DNA of 46,899 nucleotides from a virus. A model generated the notes under the pieces. It ran no database searches, was not told where the DNA came from, and saw only the letters and a list, made by a program, of their open reading frames with translations. The translations under genes and the position numbers were made by a program. The stretch is from the IMG/VR virus record IMGVR_UViG_3300028549_000214; one strand, 5' to 3'. This document shows, piece after piece, positions 30,651-40,591 of this stretch; within the stretch, counting starts at the first letter, position 1, and the number at the start of each line of letters is the position of its first letter.

Positions 30651-31703
30651 ATGCCTGTACAAACAAAAATCCTAAACTCAAATGGAAAACCTATCGTTCT
30701 GAATGATCGTGAGGCTCATGTTGCGTCTGTTCTTCAACGCAAATATGACAGTGAAATTCGTAACGCTCTTGGTTTTGAAATCGACATCACGACGATGACG
30801 GCTATCAGCAAGCGCGTTGTAGAACAGAAGTTCTTCACCGTTGCCCCTGCTGATTATATGCCTGTTCGTGTTGGCGAAGGTGCGTGGTCAACTGAAATCA
30901 TGACATATCGTGATTTCTCGATTGGTGGTGACTTTGAGACTGGTATTATCAATACTGGCGCAGGTGACAGCCGTTTGGCCGAAGCTGATTCTGGCGTTGA
31001 TAGTATTAAGGTTCCAGTAAAGAATTGGGCGAAGCAAATCTCTTGGTCGTTCTTTGATCTTCAGATGGCTGCTCGTTCTGGCAACTGGGATCTGGTTTCG
31101 TCTAAAGAACGTAGCCGCAAGCGTAACTGGGACTTGGGCATTCAAAAAATGGCCTTCGTTGGTGCTGGCGACGATGCCAATGTCAAGGGTCTTTTGACGC
31201 AAGCGGACGTTAATGCAAACACGACTTTGATCACAAAGTTGATTAGCTCAATGACAGCTGCAGAGTTCAACACGCTAGTTCAAGGCTTAGTTTCTGCTTA
31301 TCGTATCAATGCACGTTATACGGCGATGCCTACGCATTTCATCATCCCTGAAACAGATTACAATGGCCTTGTTGCTCCTGTATCTGAAACATATCCGATG
31401 CTGACAAAACTTACATATCTTGAGAATGCTTTCAAGGTAGCTACAATGAATCCTAACTTTAAAATCCTTCCTTTGGCTTATGCTGCCAAGGCGCAGAATT
31501 CTACTGTTACTGGATTGAATAAAAACCGCTACACCATGCTGAACTATGATGAAGATAGCTTGCGTATGGATATTCCTGTGGACTATACTAACACGATGCA
31601 GAATACCATTAACGGGTTCTCGTTCCAGAATGTTGGTTACGGCCAATTCACAGGCGTGAAGGCATATCGTCCTCTGGAAGCTCTTTATTTCGATTGGGGT
31701 TAA
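30651..31703 (+). CDS. Major capsid protein (DUF2184 family, HK97-like fold)
   Basis: 350 aa. QKFFTVAPADYMPVRVGEGAWSTEI..NWAKQISWSFFDLQMA..GNWDLVSSKE..RNWDLGIQKMAFVG matches DUF2184. Confidence 0.85.
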   Translation: MPVQTKILNSNGKPIVLNDREAHVASVLQRKYDSEIRNALGFEIDITTMTAISKRVVEQKFFTVAPADYMPVRVGEGAWSTEIMTYRDFSIGGDFETGIINTGAGDSRLAEADSGVDSIKVPVKNWAKQISWSFFDLQMAARSGNWDLVSSKERSRKRNWDLGIQKMAFVGAGDDANVKGLLTQADVNANTTLITKLISSMTAAEFNTLVQGLVSAYRINARYTAMPTHFIIPETDYNGLVAPVSETYPMLTKLTYLENAFKVATMNPNFKILPLAYAAKAQNSTVTGLNKNRYTMLNYDEDSLRMDIPVDYTNTMQNTINGFSFQNVGYGQFTGVKAYRPLEALYFDWG

Positions 31704-31705
31704 TC

Positions 31706-31960
31706 ATGACGGTTAAGTTACATAACAAGGGATTACGTACAATTCAGGAACAGGGCTGCGAGTTTAAGCCTGATGCCGTGATGTCGTTTCCAGATGATGT
31801 TGCAGAAAAGCTTTTGAAACTATTTAAAGGCGAAGTATTCGATATCGAAAGAACTGTTGCAGTTTTTGAAGCTTCGGAAGTTTTTGAAGCTTCTGAAGAA
31901 ATGCAAGAAGATGTAACAGAAGAAAAAACACGAGGCCGTGGCCGTCCAGCCAAGGTTTAA
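31706..31960 (+). CDS. Hypothetical head-module protein with a C-terminal AT-hook-like RGRGRPAK
   Basis: ATG at 31706 after the capsid stop. Contains an 18-nt tandem duplication (31862..31879 and 31880..31897, one mismatch) that encodes EASEVF EASE. Confidence 0.5.
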   Translation: MTVKLHNKGLRTIQEQGCEFKPDAVMSFPDDVAEKLLKLFKGEVFDIERTVAVFEASEVFEASEEMQEDVTEEKTRGRGRPAKV

Positions 31961-31983
31961 TTGATGGTTAAGGGGAAGTTGCA

Positions 31984-32556
31984 ATGGATTTAAGCACCGT
32001 AACAGTTGCGGATTTTAAGGGCTTATTCCGGCGCGATTTCCCCTATCTTCCTAATTACGATAATGATGTAATTTATAATATTGGTAAAATTACTTATTAT
32101 CCAATAACAGAATTATTTTACCAATGCTTGCAAGATGGAACTATCGGAAAGTTGCCATCTGATACTGATTATTGGATTAAATACGATGCAAGCACAGATG
32201 ATTATATTCAAGATGATGATATAGAGAGATCATTTGACGAGGCTGAATTTAATATAAATCAAGAGCTTTTCGGAACAGATTCTCAAATTAAAATAGCGTT
32301 TCTTTATGTATCTGCTCATTATTTAACTCATGATATTCGTGCGGCAAGTCAAGGTGTTGAAAGTACAGGATCGTTTAATGTATCTGCTCGATCAGTTGGA
32401 CGTGTTTCTGAAACTTATGCAATTCCACAACGATATTTAGATAACCCTGCATTATCATTCTTCACGACATCTGCTTATGGAATGAAATACTTATCTATCG
32501 TTATTCCTCATTTGGTTGGTAATGTTGGCGTTGTTGGCGGCGGAACCAATCCATGA
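31984..32556 (+). CDS. Head completion / connector protein (DUF4054-like)
   Basis: The N-terminal VADFKGLFRRDFPYLP resembles DUF4054, and it lies just after the capsid genes. Confidence 0.5.
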   Translation: MDLSTVTVADFKGLFRRDFPYLPNYDNDVIYNIGKITYYPITELFYQCLQDGTIGKLPSDTDYWIKYDASTDDYIQDDDIERSFDEAEFNINQELFGTDSQIKIAFLYVSAHYLTHDIRAASQGVESTGSFNVSARSVGRVSETYAIPQRYLDNPALSFFTTSAYGMKYLSIVIPHLVGNVGVVGGGTNP

Positions 32557-33017
32557 AACAAACAAAAATAAACTTTAATCTTGATGGATTAGAAGAAATA
32601 CAAAAGCAAGTTAAAGGCTATAAGGCTCGTGTTGGTATCTTGGGAAGAGATATTAATAGACAAGATGCTACTGGCATAACTAATTCAGAAATTGGCGTTA
32701 TTCATGAGTTTGGTAATGATGATATGCCTGTTAGGTCTTTCCTTCGTATGCCGATTGAGACGCACAAAAAAGAGATTTTAAAATCAATGGGTGGCGTTAT
32801 GATTAGACGCGCATTTGCTCAAAAAGATTATGTTAAGATGTTTCATTTGTTGGGTCAAAAAGGAAGAGACATTGTTATTCAGGCTTTTGAAACTGGCGGA
32901 TTTGGTCAATGGCCTGATATTTCAGAAAGCACAAAAGCTGCAAAAGGAAGCTCTGCCATATTGGTTGATAGCGCACAATTAAAGAACTCTATTTCTGAAG
33001 ATGTAGTGAAATCATAA
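32553..33017 (+). CDS. Neck / tail-completion protein (HK97 gp10-like)
   Basis: IGVIHEFGNDDMPVRSFLRMP resembles the gp10-family motif. Confidence 0.45.
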   Translation: MKQTKINFNLDGLEEIQKQVKGYKARVGILGRDINRQDATGITNSEIGVIHEFGNDDMPVRSFLRMPIETHKKEILKSMGGVMIRRAFAQKDYVKMFHLLGQKGRDIVIQAFETGGFGQWPDISESTKAAKGSSAILVDSAQLKNSISEDVVKS

Positions 33018-33379
33018 TGGCAAATCCGCTAAATCAAATATCTGGAATGCCAAAAATGGGGGCCGCATTTCGTGGATGGATGGCAACTATTACGCTTAAA
33101 AAGATAGTGCAAACTGTTGTTGATGGTCTAGTTACAGATACAGAAACGACATTCACATTCAATGGTGTTGTGCAGCCACTTGACCCCGAACAAATCAATT
33201 TAAAGCCTGAAGGACAAAGGTCTTTTGAATGGCTTCAAATCAACTGCTTTTCAGGTTCAAACAACCTAACAACAAATGATCGTATAATCTACAACGGGCA
33301 GACCTATAAAATAATGGGAGTTTTTGATTATAGCCAGAACAATTATATAGAATATCACGGAGTGCGTGATTATGAATAG
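33017..33379 (+). CDS. Hypothetical neck/head-tail joining protein
   Basis: 120-aa ORF with a TAATG overlap; assigned by position only. Confidence 0.4.
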   Translation: MANPLNQISGMPKMGAAFRGWMATITLKKIVQTVVDGLVTDTETTFTFNGVVQPLDPEQINLKPEGQRSFEWLQINCFSGSNNLTTNDRIIYNGQTYKIMGVFDYSQNNYIEYHGVRDYE

Positions 33380-33953
33380 TCTGGCCGAACAGGTGATAAT
33401 AGACATCTTGCAAGAGCGAATGACGCTTTCGGATAGTCAGATATGGGTTAGGTCACAAAATAGAAAAATTCCAGCAGATACAAAACTTTATATTATTGTC
33501 GGGATGATTTCTACGCAGGTTAATTCCGCACAAACATATATGGAAGAACGGATCATTAATACGATCACAAAGCAGGTCGAGGTTAATCGCGTTCAGACTT
33601 TAGAAAATATCCAAATTGATATTCTCTCTAGGTCTAATGATGCTATAACGAGACGTTGGGAGATTATCGCGGCTTTAAAGTCTATTTACGCACAACAAAA
33701 GCAAGAAACAAACTTCTTCAAAATATGCAGGGAGCCAGCTTCTTTCTTGGATACATCAAGCGCAGAAGGAAGCTCACAACTTAACAGATTTTCTATTACA
33801 ATACCTTGCTTTGTGTGGTATAAGAAAGAGACTGTTTTAGAAGAAGAATACGATTATTACGACGACTTTACGCAGCGCGTTGACGATGTAAAAACAATTA
33901 GTGAGGCCGATGGCCTTATTGAGTTTGAAATTAAAGGGGATGAAATCATATGA
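33372..33953 (+). CDS. Hypothetical neck / tail-terminator-like protein
   Basis: The ATG at 33372 is preferred over the GTG at 33366. Lies directly upstream of the sheath gene. Confidence 0.4.
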   Translation: MNSLAEQVIIDILQERMTLSDSQIWVRSQNRKIPADTKLYIIVGMISTQVNSAQTYMEERIINTITKQVEVNRVQTLENIQIDILSRSNDAITRRWEIIAALKSIYAQQKQETNFFKICREPASFLDTSSAEGSSQLNRFSITIPCFVWYKKETVLEEEYDYYDDFTQRVDDVKTISEADGLIEFEIKGDEII

Positions 33954-35431
33954 CAGCCATTAATATTTTGCCTGTGAACAACGTAATTAACGTTTCAATC
34001 ACAAACACTCCAAGCGGATTGACTGAAAAGAACGTCAACAGCCTTGCGTTATTTACGCATGAATCTGGACTTGGACTTGAACCATATTCAATAAATATCG
34101 GAGCGAAAACAGTAGCCGATGCGTTTGGAACGTTAAGCATTACGGCTCAAATGGCGAATGCAGTTTTTGCTCAATCTCCAAACCTTCGCAGTGGTAACGG
34201 TCGCCTTGTAATTATTCCTTTGATTTCTGGAACATCGGCAACAGAAGGAACGTTTACAACTGCAAGTATCACGGCAAATCTTGCGGATATTAAGTTGGTT
34301 TCAAGTGGTGACATCAAGTTCACTGTTGATAGCGTGGCTTATAACTTGCTAGGACTTAATTTCACCAATTGCGATGATCTTGATGATGTTGCAACGGTTC
34401 TTCAAAACGCCATGCCATATGCGTTTGTGGAAGCCACAGCGACAGGCTTTAAGGTAACAAGCAAGAAGGTTGGCACTGCCAGCACCGTAGCCCTTGCGGC
34501 TGCTACTGGCGGTTCTGGAACGGCTCTTTCAGGTTCTGGTTACTTCAACACAACGGCTGGCACGGCTGTTGCTGGTGCGAACTCAACTGGCGAAACAATC
34601 CTAGATGCAATCGCTCGCACAGAAGGATCAGTAGGTTATGTTGGTGTTATGACGACACTTGATCTTGAAGATGCGGCAATTACGCCAATTGCTCTTGGAA
34701 TCCAAGCAACGGATCGTTTATTCTTCCATCACGTTTCTAGCCCAACTGATATTGATGGTATCTGTACAACGATCAAGGCAGCTGGTTATAAAAAGACCCG
34801 TCTTGTAATGCACACAGAAGGACAAGAAACTTCTAACTTGATGAAAGCTTCATATGCAGGACGTGGCTGCTCGGTTAATTTCCGTGGAAGCCTAACAAGC
34901 CAAACAATGAACCTTAAGCAGCTAGTTGGTATCGGCCCTGATTATGGTATTACTCAAACCATGTATTCAAATTCTGATGCGGCTGGCGTTGATCTTTATG
35001 TATCATATGATGGTGTTGAAAGTGTTGTTTCTAATGGCGGTAATGATTATTTCGATAATCCTTATTCTGATTTAGCTCTTAAGTTTGCTCTTGAAACCGC
35101 TGGCTTTAATTTCTTGCGCCAAACCAATACGAAGGTTCCACAAACAGAGCAGGGCATGAATGGTTTGAAAAATGCCTATGCACAGGTCTGTGAAAGGTTC
35201 ATCCGTAATGGTTGTATCGCGGCGGGGTCGTGGACATCATCGGAGCGTTTTGGCGATCCTGAAATCTTTGACCAAAACATTTTAACAAAGGGTTATTATG
35301 TTTACAGCTTGCCAATCGTTCAACAAGACGCAGTAGAACGCGAAGGACGTAAAGCTCCTCTGGTTCAGATTGCCATCAAACGTGCTGGCGCAATTCATTC
35401 TAGTGACGTAATTGTCCTAATTAACGACTAA
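33950..35431 (+). CDS. Tail sheath protein (DUF3383 family)
   Basis: 493 aa, followed by a tube-sized gene. The N-terminus (NVINVSIT..GL..KNVNSLALFT) and overall layout fit DUF3383, which co-occurs with DUF2184 capsids. Confidence 0.75.
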   Translation: MTAINILPVNNVINVSITNTPSGLTEKNVNSLALFTHESGLGLEPYSINIGAKTVADAFGTLSITAQMANAVFAQSPNLRSGNGRLVIIPLISGTSATEGTFTTASITANLADIKLVSSGDIKFTVDSVAYNLLGLNFTNCDDLDDVATVLQNAMPYAFVEATATGFKVTSKKVGTASTVALAAATGGSGTALSGSGYFNTTAGTAVAGANSTGETILDAIARTEGSVGYVGVMTTLDLEDAAITPIALGIQATDRLFFHHVSSPTDIDGICTTIKAAGYKKTRLVMHTEGQETSNLMKASYAGRGCSVNFRGSLTSQTMNLKQLVGIGPDYGITQTMYSNSDAAGVDLYVSYDGVESVVSNGGNDYFDNPYSDLALKFALETAGFNFLRQTNTKVPQTEQGMNGLKNAYAQVCERFIRNGCIAAGSWTSSERFGDPEIFDQNILTKGYYVYSLPIVQQDAVEREGRKAPLVQIAIKRAGAIHSSDVIVLIND

Positions 35432-35445
35432 GGAAGGATTTTATA

Positions 35446-35904
35446 ATGCCTATTTTTAACGTAACATCGGACGATACGCTAACAATCTATGGCCGTATTA
35501 TTAACGACTTTGCAGATGGTAAGACAACATCGATTTCGTTTCCAAATGATTTTGCCAATGTTGTGACTGGTAAGAACGGAAACGGTATTATTTCAAAGAA
35601 TGCGAATGGTGCTAATTCTGTTTTGACCATGCGTCTTATGCGTGGATCAAGCGATGACAACTTTATGCAATCAAAGATTGCATCGGCACAAGCTGATTTC
35701 GTGGCTCAGGAGCTTGCTACAGGAGAGTTTGTAAAGCGTTTGGGTAATGGAGAAGGTGACGTTAAACGTGACGTTTACACGCTCTTAGGAGGCACGTTCT
35801 CAAAGATTGCTCCTGACGTTGAAGAAGATGTTTCAGGAACAACCGATCAGGCCGTTGCGGTTTATATGATTAAGTTTATTAAAACATTGCGGAGCATTCA
35901 GTAA
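35446..35904 (+). CDS. Tail tube protein (DUF3277-like)
   Basis: 152 aa immediately after the sheath gene, with an AGGA SD. Confidence 0.65.
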   Translation: MPIFNVTSDDTLTIYGRIINDFADGKTTSISFPNDFANVVTGKNGNGIISKNANGANSVLTMRLMRGSSDDNFMQSKIASAQADFVAQELATGEFVKRLGNGEGDVKRDVYTLLGGTFSKIAPDVEEDVSGTTDQAVAVYMIKFIKTLRSIQ

Positions 35905-36311
35905 TGGTTGATTTCGTCGCAACATCTGGCGCAAAAGTCAAGATCAATATTGCTGATTTTGAAGATGCACAAAATCTTAAGTTTGCAATCCAACGGGCAT
36001 TAAAGGCCGAAGGATTTGAAATGAAGGATATTGGTGATATTATGTCGGCTGATATCTGGCCTATTGCCAAGCTTGCGATGGCCGTGGATTGCTCAAAAGA
36101 AGTCAATGATGCTTTGTGGCCTTGCCTAGTTCGTTGCTCACGAAATGGCGATAAGATCACAAAGCATACTTTTGAGCCAGTAGATGCGCGACAAGATTAT
36201 TATGAAATTATTGTTTCTTGCATAAAGGAAAATGTCGGCCCTTTATTCGTCGGGGTTTCTGCCGTGTTGAAAAAACTATTCAGCAAGCCCCTAAACGAAG
36301 GCCAAAAGTAA
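35904..36311 (+). CDS. Tail assembly chaperone (G-like product)
   Basis: 135 aa between the tube and tape measure genes. Its 3' end overlaps a -1 frame ORF. Confidence 0.6.
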   Translation: MVDFVATSGAKVKINIADFEDAQNLKFAIQRALKAEGFEMKDIGDIMSADIWPIAKLAMAVDCSKEVNDALWPCLVRCSRNGDKITKHTFEPVDARQDYYEIIVSCIKENVGPLFVGVSAVLKKLFSKPLNEGQK

Positions 36312-36487
36312 CGATTGAGGATGAGACAATATTTATATCAATAAGTCTTGCAAAAGCTGGATATTGTAGCGGTGATCCTCAAAATGTTCTTAAGACAAGG
36401 GCTGATTTAGTTATGGCAATGTTGGATTACGAAACTTTCGAGGCCGATTACGAGGCTGAATATATAGGATTGAATAGAGGGGAATAA
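35904..36487 (+). CDS. Putative -1 frameshift fusion product of the tail assembly chaperone (GT-like)
   Basis: The ORF at 36218..36487 lies in the -1 frame relative to 35904..36311. An A6 run (G AAA AAA C) at 36269..36276 falls within the 94-nt overlap. Confidence 0.4.
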
Positions 36488-36488
36488 G

Positions 36489-37262
36489 ATGATTGGTTAC
36501 GTTTATTATACTAAAAACACAATAAACGGTAGGCCATATGTAGGAAGCCATATATCTAATGTGTTTGACGATAAATACTATGGAAGTGGAAAGGCTCTTT
36601 TAAGGGCATTAAAAAAATACGGAAAAAAAAGCTTTAAAAGAAAAATATTATATAAAGCAACTGATATTGACAATCTTTATGAAATGGAAACATATTTTAT
36701 AAAAAAAATAATTAAAAAACATGGTTCCTTTGCTTATAACATTGCATTGAATGCCTTAAAGCCAATGCTAGGAAGAAAACATACTGAAGAAACTAAGAAA
36801 AAATATAGCTTAGATAGAACTGGAGAAAAAAATCAAATGTATGGTGTTCGCCTTGTTGGCGAGTTAAATCCAAGATATGGGGTGAAATTAAGCGAAGAAA
36901 CAAAGAGAAAAATAGGAGAAGCTAACTCAAAGGTTTTTGGTAAAAACCACGGTAATTTTGGTAAGATTAGATCTGAAGAAATGAAGAAAAAAATGTCAAA
37001 ATCAAAACTTGGCCTTTTGTCTACATCGTGTCCGAATGATCTTATTACAAAAATGTGTGAAGAAACTGGACTGTTCTATTCATTATGTCCATCATCTATA
37101 AAAAATATAATAACAAGCTACAGGTGCGGTGTTTGGCAAAAAACTAAAACAATAGAAAAAAACATAAATAGATTATGTGATTTCATGGAATTAAATAAAT
37201 ATTATAATGACTTAGTTTTGCTGTATAAAAAGAACAGTAATTATTATGGTGTATCAAGATGA
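36489..37262 (+). CDS. GIY-YIG homing endonuclease with NUMOD3-like repeats
   Basis: GYVYYTKNTINGRPYVGS (GIY...YVG) and R..E..YFI, followed by repeated G(R/K)KHTEETKKK / NPRYGVKLSEETKRKI / GKNHGNFGKIRSEEMKKKMS motifs. Very AT-rich. Confidence 0.85.
   Translation: MIGYVYYTKNTINGRPYVGSHISNVFDDKYYGSGKALLRALKKYGKKSFKRKILYKATDIDNLYEMETYFIKKIIKKHGSFAYNIALNALKPMLGRKHTEETKKKYSLDRTGEKNQMYGVRLVGELNPRYGVKLSEETKRKIGEANSKVFGKNHGNFGKIRSEEMKKKMSKSKLGLLSTSCPNDLITKMCEETGLFYSLCPSSIKNIITSYRCGVWQKTKTIEKNINRLCDFMELNKYYNDLVLLYKKNSNYYGVSR
36489..37262 (+). mobile_element. Free-standing homing-endonuclease gene inserted between the tail chaperone and tape measure genes
   Basis: A sharp drop in GC relative to both flanks. 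The start lies 1 nt after the chaperone-frame stop, and its TGA overlaps the tape measure ATG. Confidence 0.6.
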
Positions 37263-38407
37263 ATGTTGGTGAGCTGTGGATACAATTAGGCTTCGATGTT
37301 GATGATGGAAAGCTGAAATCATTCAATGACGGCATAAAATCAAGCATGACAGATCTGTTAAAGTTAACAGGTATTGCTGCGGGTGCTGTTTATTCTGTTA
37401 ATAGGTTTATTGAAAGCTCACTTCATAACTCAACGGCATTACGCCAATTCACTGCGGAGACTGGAGAAAGCACAGAAGCTTTGCAGAAGTGGCAAGTTGC
37501 TGCACAATTAGCAAATACTGAAATGAGCGTCGATGACGTAACGGCGGCTTTCAAGCGCATGTCATCCGCTATGTCAGAAGCTCGTTACGATGGATCAAAA
37601 GGCGGTGTATTTGCACAGCTTGGAATTGAAAATGTCCAACAAAAAACATCTGCTGAATTACTAAACGAGCTTCGCCAAAACTTTCAAAATAATATTGGCC
37701 GTTGGGGATTACCAAAAACACTTGATTTCATGGAACAATTGGGCGTTCCAAAATCTATGGCTCGTACATTCGGAATGTCCGATGAAGATATTGATCGTAT
37801 GACACGAGGATTGACGATAACAGATGAGCAAAACAAAAAAATTACTGATTTAGCTGATACAATACGAAGGGCAACAATTCAGTTTCAACATTGGAGGGAT
37901 GTCATTACTGCTGAATATTCAGATGAAATGATCGTTTTTGTTGAAAGAGCATCTGACGCAATTGACGGATTTTTTAAAAATATGAGTAGTTTTACAAGCC
38001 ATGCTCCAGAGTTTAGCGGTGGACTGAAATTAATAGCAGGAAGCGCGGCACTTCTTGTTGCGGCATTAAATCCAATTACCGCAACTATAATCGGTTTAGT
38101 TTCATTATTTAATGATATCGGTGCTTATGCACGTGGAGAACCATCTGTTATTGGTGACGCTGTTGATTTTGCAAAAGGAATAGGTTCTGGGCCAGTTCCA
38201 GATCTAAACAAAAGAACAACATTAGAGGAAAGCTTGGGAAACTGGAAATCTTATCTTGGAATGGGATCGTCTGGAGGCGTAACACAAAATAACACATACA
38301 ACATTCAAAGCCTTGCTGATCCTAAAGATGTTGCAAGAGAGGTTACAGCTACACAACAGAACGATCTAAATCGCGCCTATTCACAGCTTAATCGTGGTGG
38401 TTTTTAA
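37259..38407 (+). CDS. Tape measure protein
   Basis: 382 aa, helical, with a hydrophobic segment (LKLIAGSAALLVAALNPITATIIGLV). Lies downstream of the chaperone. Confidence 0.75.
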   Translation: MNVGELWIQLGFDVDDGKLKSFNDGIKSSMTDLLKLTGIAAGAVYSVNRFIESSLHNSTALRQFTAETGESTEALQKWQVAAQLANTEMSVDDVTAAFKRMSSAMSEARYDGSKGGVFAQLGIENVQQKTSAELLNELRQNFQNNIGRWGLPKTLDFMEQLGVPKSMARTFGMSDEDIDRMTRGLTITDEQNKKITDLADTIRRATIQFQHWRDVITAEYSDEMIVFVERASDAIDGFFKNMSSFTSHAPEFSGGLKLIAGSAALLVAALNPITATIIGLVSLFNDIGAYARGEPSVIGDAVDFAKGIGSGPVPDLNKRTTLEESLGNWKSYLGMGSSGGVTQNNTYNIQSLADPKDVAREVTATQQNDLNRAYSQLNRGGF

Positions 38408-39390
38408 TGGTTTTTTCTGTTCCAAACTTAAAGGATTTAATTCCAGAAAAATCAAATATATTCGATGACGCAACAGATTATGTTAAAGAAAATATTGTTC
38501 AGTTTTCTGAATCTGTTAATAAGTATTTCGTGGCTCCTCATGATAATTATGGAATTGGTGGATTCTTATTTGACATTTCTGGCGATTATTCTGTTAATTT
38601 AACTTCTGAAATAACTGATCATGTTATTGAAGATAATAGCAATATACAAGATCACATAACAATAAAGCCAAAGAAGATCATATTAAAGGGTTATGTTGGT
38701 GAATTGGTTTATCGTGATGTCTATGGTTTTAGTGGTGTTGTCTCAAGGCTTACTGGTAAGCTAAGTAATATAATAGGACTTGCACCAAACACAGCAAAAG
38801 GTGCTGATAAAATAATAGGACAAATTAATTCTATAGCAAATAAAGGTGATTATTACTATAATCTTATTTCTAATAAGATTTCAGGGATATCCAGCATATG
38901 GGATTTTTTCAATGTAAAAGATCAGGCTTCACAAACAAGTCAACAAAAGGCGTTCAGATATTTTAGCAATTTAATGGAGAATAAAATATTAGTTTCAGTT
39001 CAAACACCATTTGAATATATGCCTAATATGGCTATTGAAAGCGTTATGGCTATTCAGAGAGAAGAAAGCGGAGATATTTCAGATTTCACAATAACATTAA
39101 AACAGATAACAAAAGCTAAAGTTAAACTTGTAGCTTACAATTCATCATTTGATCCTGTTTATAGAAACAAGGTATTGAATGAAGATATTAATATAGAGTT
39201 GCAAGGAAGGGCTTCACAACAGGCTGCGCCATTGGCTAAAATTGGCCGTATGATAGGTCAAGAAACAAGCCCTAGCGCAGATGATGTTGCTGCAACTGGC
39301 ATACCAGCCCTTAATATTAGTGCAGATGATTTATCTTATAATGATTTGTTTAAATACGAAAAGGATTCCAAGGGAATATCATTGCCATGA
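38407..39390 (+). CDS. Tail/baseplate protein (unassigned)
   Basis: 327-aa ORF with a TAATG overlap; assigned by position only. Confidence 0.45.
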   Translation: MVFSVPNLKDLIPEKSNIFDDATDYVKENIVQFSESVNKYFVAPHDNYGIGGFLFDISGDYSVNLTSEITDHVIEDNSNIQDHITIKPKKIILKGYVGELVYRDVYGFSGVVSRLTGKLSNIIGLAPNTAKGADKIIGQINSIANKGDYYYNLISNKISGISSIWDFFNVKDQASQTSQQKAFRYFSNLMENKILVSVQTPFEYMPNMAIESVMAIQREESGDISDFTITLKQITKAKVKLVAYNSSFDPVYRNKVLNEDINIELQGRASQQAAPLAKIGRMIGQETSPSADDVAATGIPALNISADDLSYNDLFKYEKDSKGISLP

Positions 39391-39725
39391 AATACTTAAA
39401 TAAACTTTCATCTGATCCATATCAAAGCGTGATCATTCCATCTATTGAAGGAAAAAGCGCGACTTGTGTTTTTAGATATCTACCAACTCAAAAGAGATGG
39501 ATGATTGATATAGTTTATGGTGACTTTGTTCTTAAGGGTTATTACGTTTCTTGCGCCCCTAATTTCTTACGTAAGTTTAGAAATATAATACCATTCGGAA
39601 TGACATGTTTAACAACTCATGGTTTTGATCCATATCTTGTTGATGAGTTTGAAGCTCAAACATCTTTACTTTATTTATTGGATAAAGAAGATGTTAAAAC
39701 AGTCGAGATCGGGTTATTCACATGA
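39387..39725 (+). CDS. Tail/baseplate protein (unassigned)
   Basis: 112-aa ORF with ATGA overlaps on both sides. Confidence 0.45.
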   Translation: MKYLNKLSSDPYQSVIIPSIEGKSATCVFRYLPTQKRWMIDIVYGDFVLKGYYVSCAPNFLRKFRNIIPFGMTCLTTHGFDPYLVDEFEAQTSLLYLLDKEDVKTVEIGLFT

Positions 39726-40591
39726 TCGTTGGTGAAAAGTTTGGCCGTCAATATCGAATAACCATTGATCCGAAAGATGGAGAAGGGGAGATTATTATTG
39801 AGCTTCCTTTCTCATGTCAATTTTGGGTTCAGCGAAACTTAATGTCTAGCATGAACCATATGAGCCTTGATATCTATAATCTAGGAACTGAAATTAGAAA
39901 CCGTATATTTCAGGATAAATATACAAAGGCGTATCGTACAATTAAGTTCGAGCTTGGATATGATGCACTTACAACGGTGTTTGAAGGAGAGCTTTGGGAA
40001 AGCAATAGCGCAAGAAACGGACCTAATGTCATAACTCGCATTGAGGCTTTAACTGGTGATTTTGATGTTTCAAATACAGTTACCAATAAAACAATAGAGG
40101 CAGGACTTGAAACTAGTGAAATATTTAAATATTTAGTTTCAGACTTTCCCAATATTTACTTAGGGCATGTTGGAAAATTTAATGAAAAACTTCAAAGGCC
40201 TGTTGCGCTATCAGGAAACACGTGGGAGCTTATTAAGAAATACAGCGACAATCAATGCTGTATTGATGAGAATGAAGTTAATATCCTAAATGGTGATGAG
40301 GTTTTGGATGATGCTGTTCTCGTTATAGATGCATCCACGGGCCTAATAGAAAGCCCAAGGCGTGGCGAGGGAAACATTACACTAACAACACTTCTTGAGC
40401 CTCGTGTTCGCGTTAATTCACTTGTTGAGCTTAATTCTGTTATAATGCCAACATACAACGGACAGTACAAGGTTATAGGTATAAATCATCAAGGCATGGT
40501 TTCGCCAACTGTTAACGGTACGGCTCGAAGCATATTTAATCTTTATACGGGGCCAATAAAATTCAATAAGGTTTCAAATGCTCAGAAATAA
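39722..40591 (+). CDS. Baseplate hub-like protein (candidate)
   Basis: 289 aa. SLDIYNLGTEIRNRIF..IKFELGYD..VFEGEL resembles hub/gpD-like tail proteins. The call is weak. Confidence 0.45.
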   Translation: MIVGEKFGRQYRITIDPKDGEGEIIIELPFSCQFWVQRNLMSSMNHMSLDIYNLGTEIRNRIFQDKYTKAYRTIKFELGYDALTTVFEGELWESNSARNGPNVITRIEALTGDFDVSNTVTNKTIEAGLETSEIFKYLVSDFPNIYLGHVGKFNEKLQRPVALSGNTWELIKKYSDNQCCIDENEVNILNGDEVLDDAVLVIDASTGLIESPRRGEGNITLTTLLEPRVRVNSLVELNSVIMPTYNGQYKVIGINHQGMVSPTVNGTARSIFNLYTGPIKFNKVSNAQK

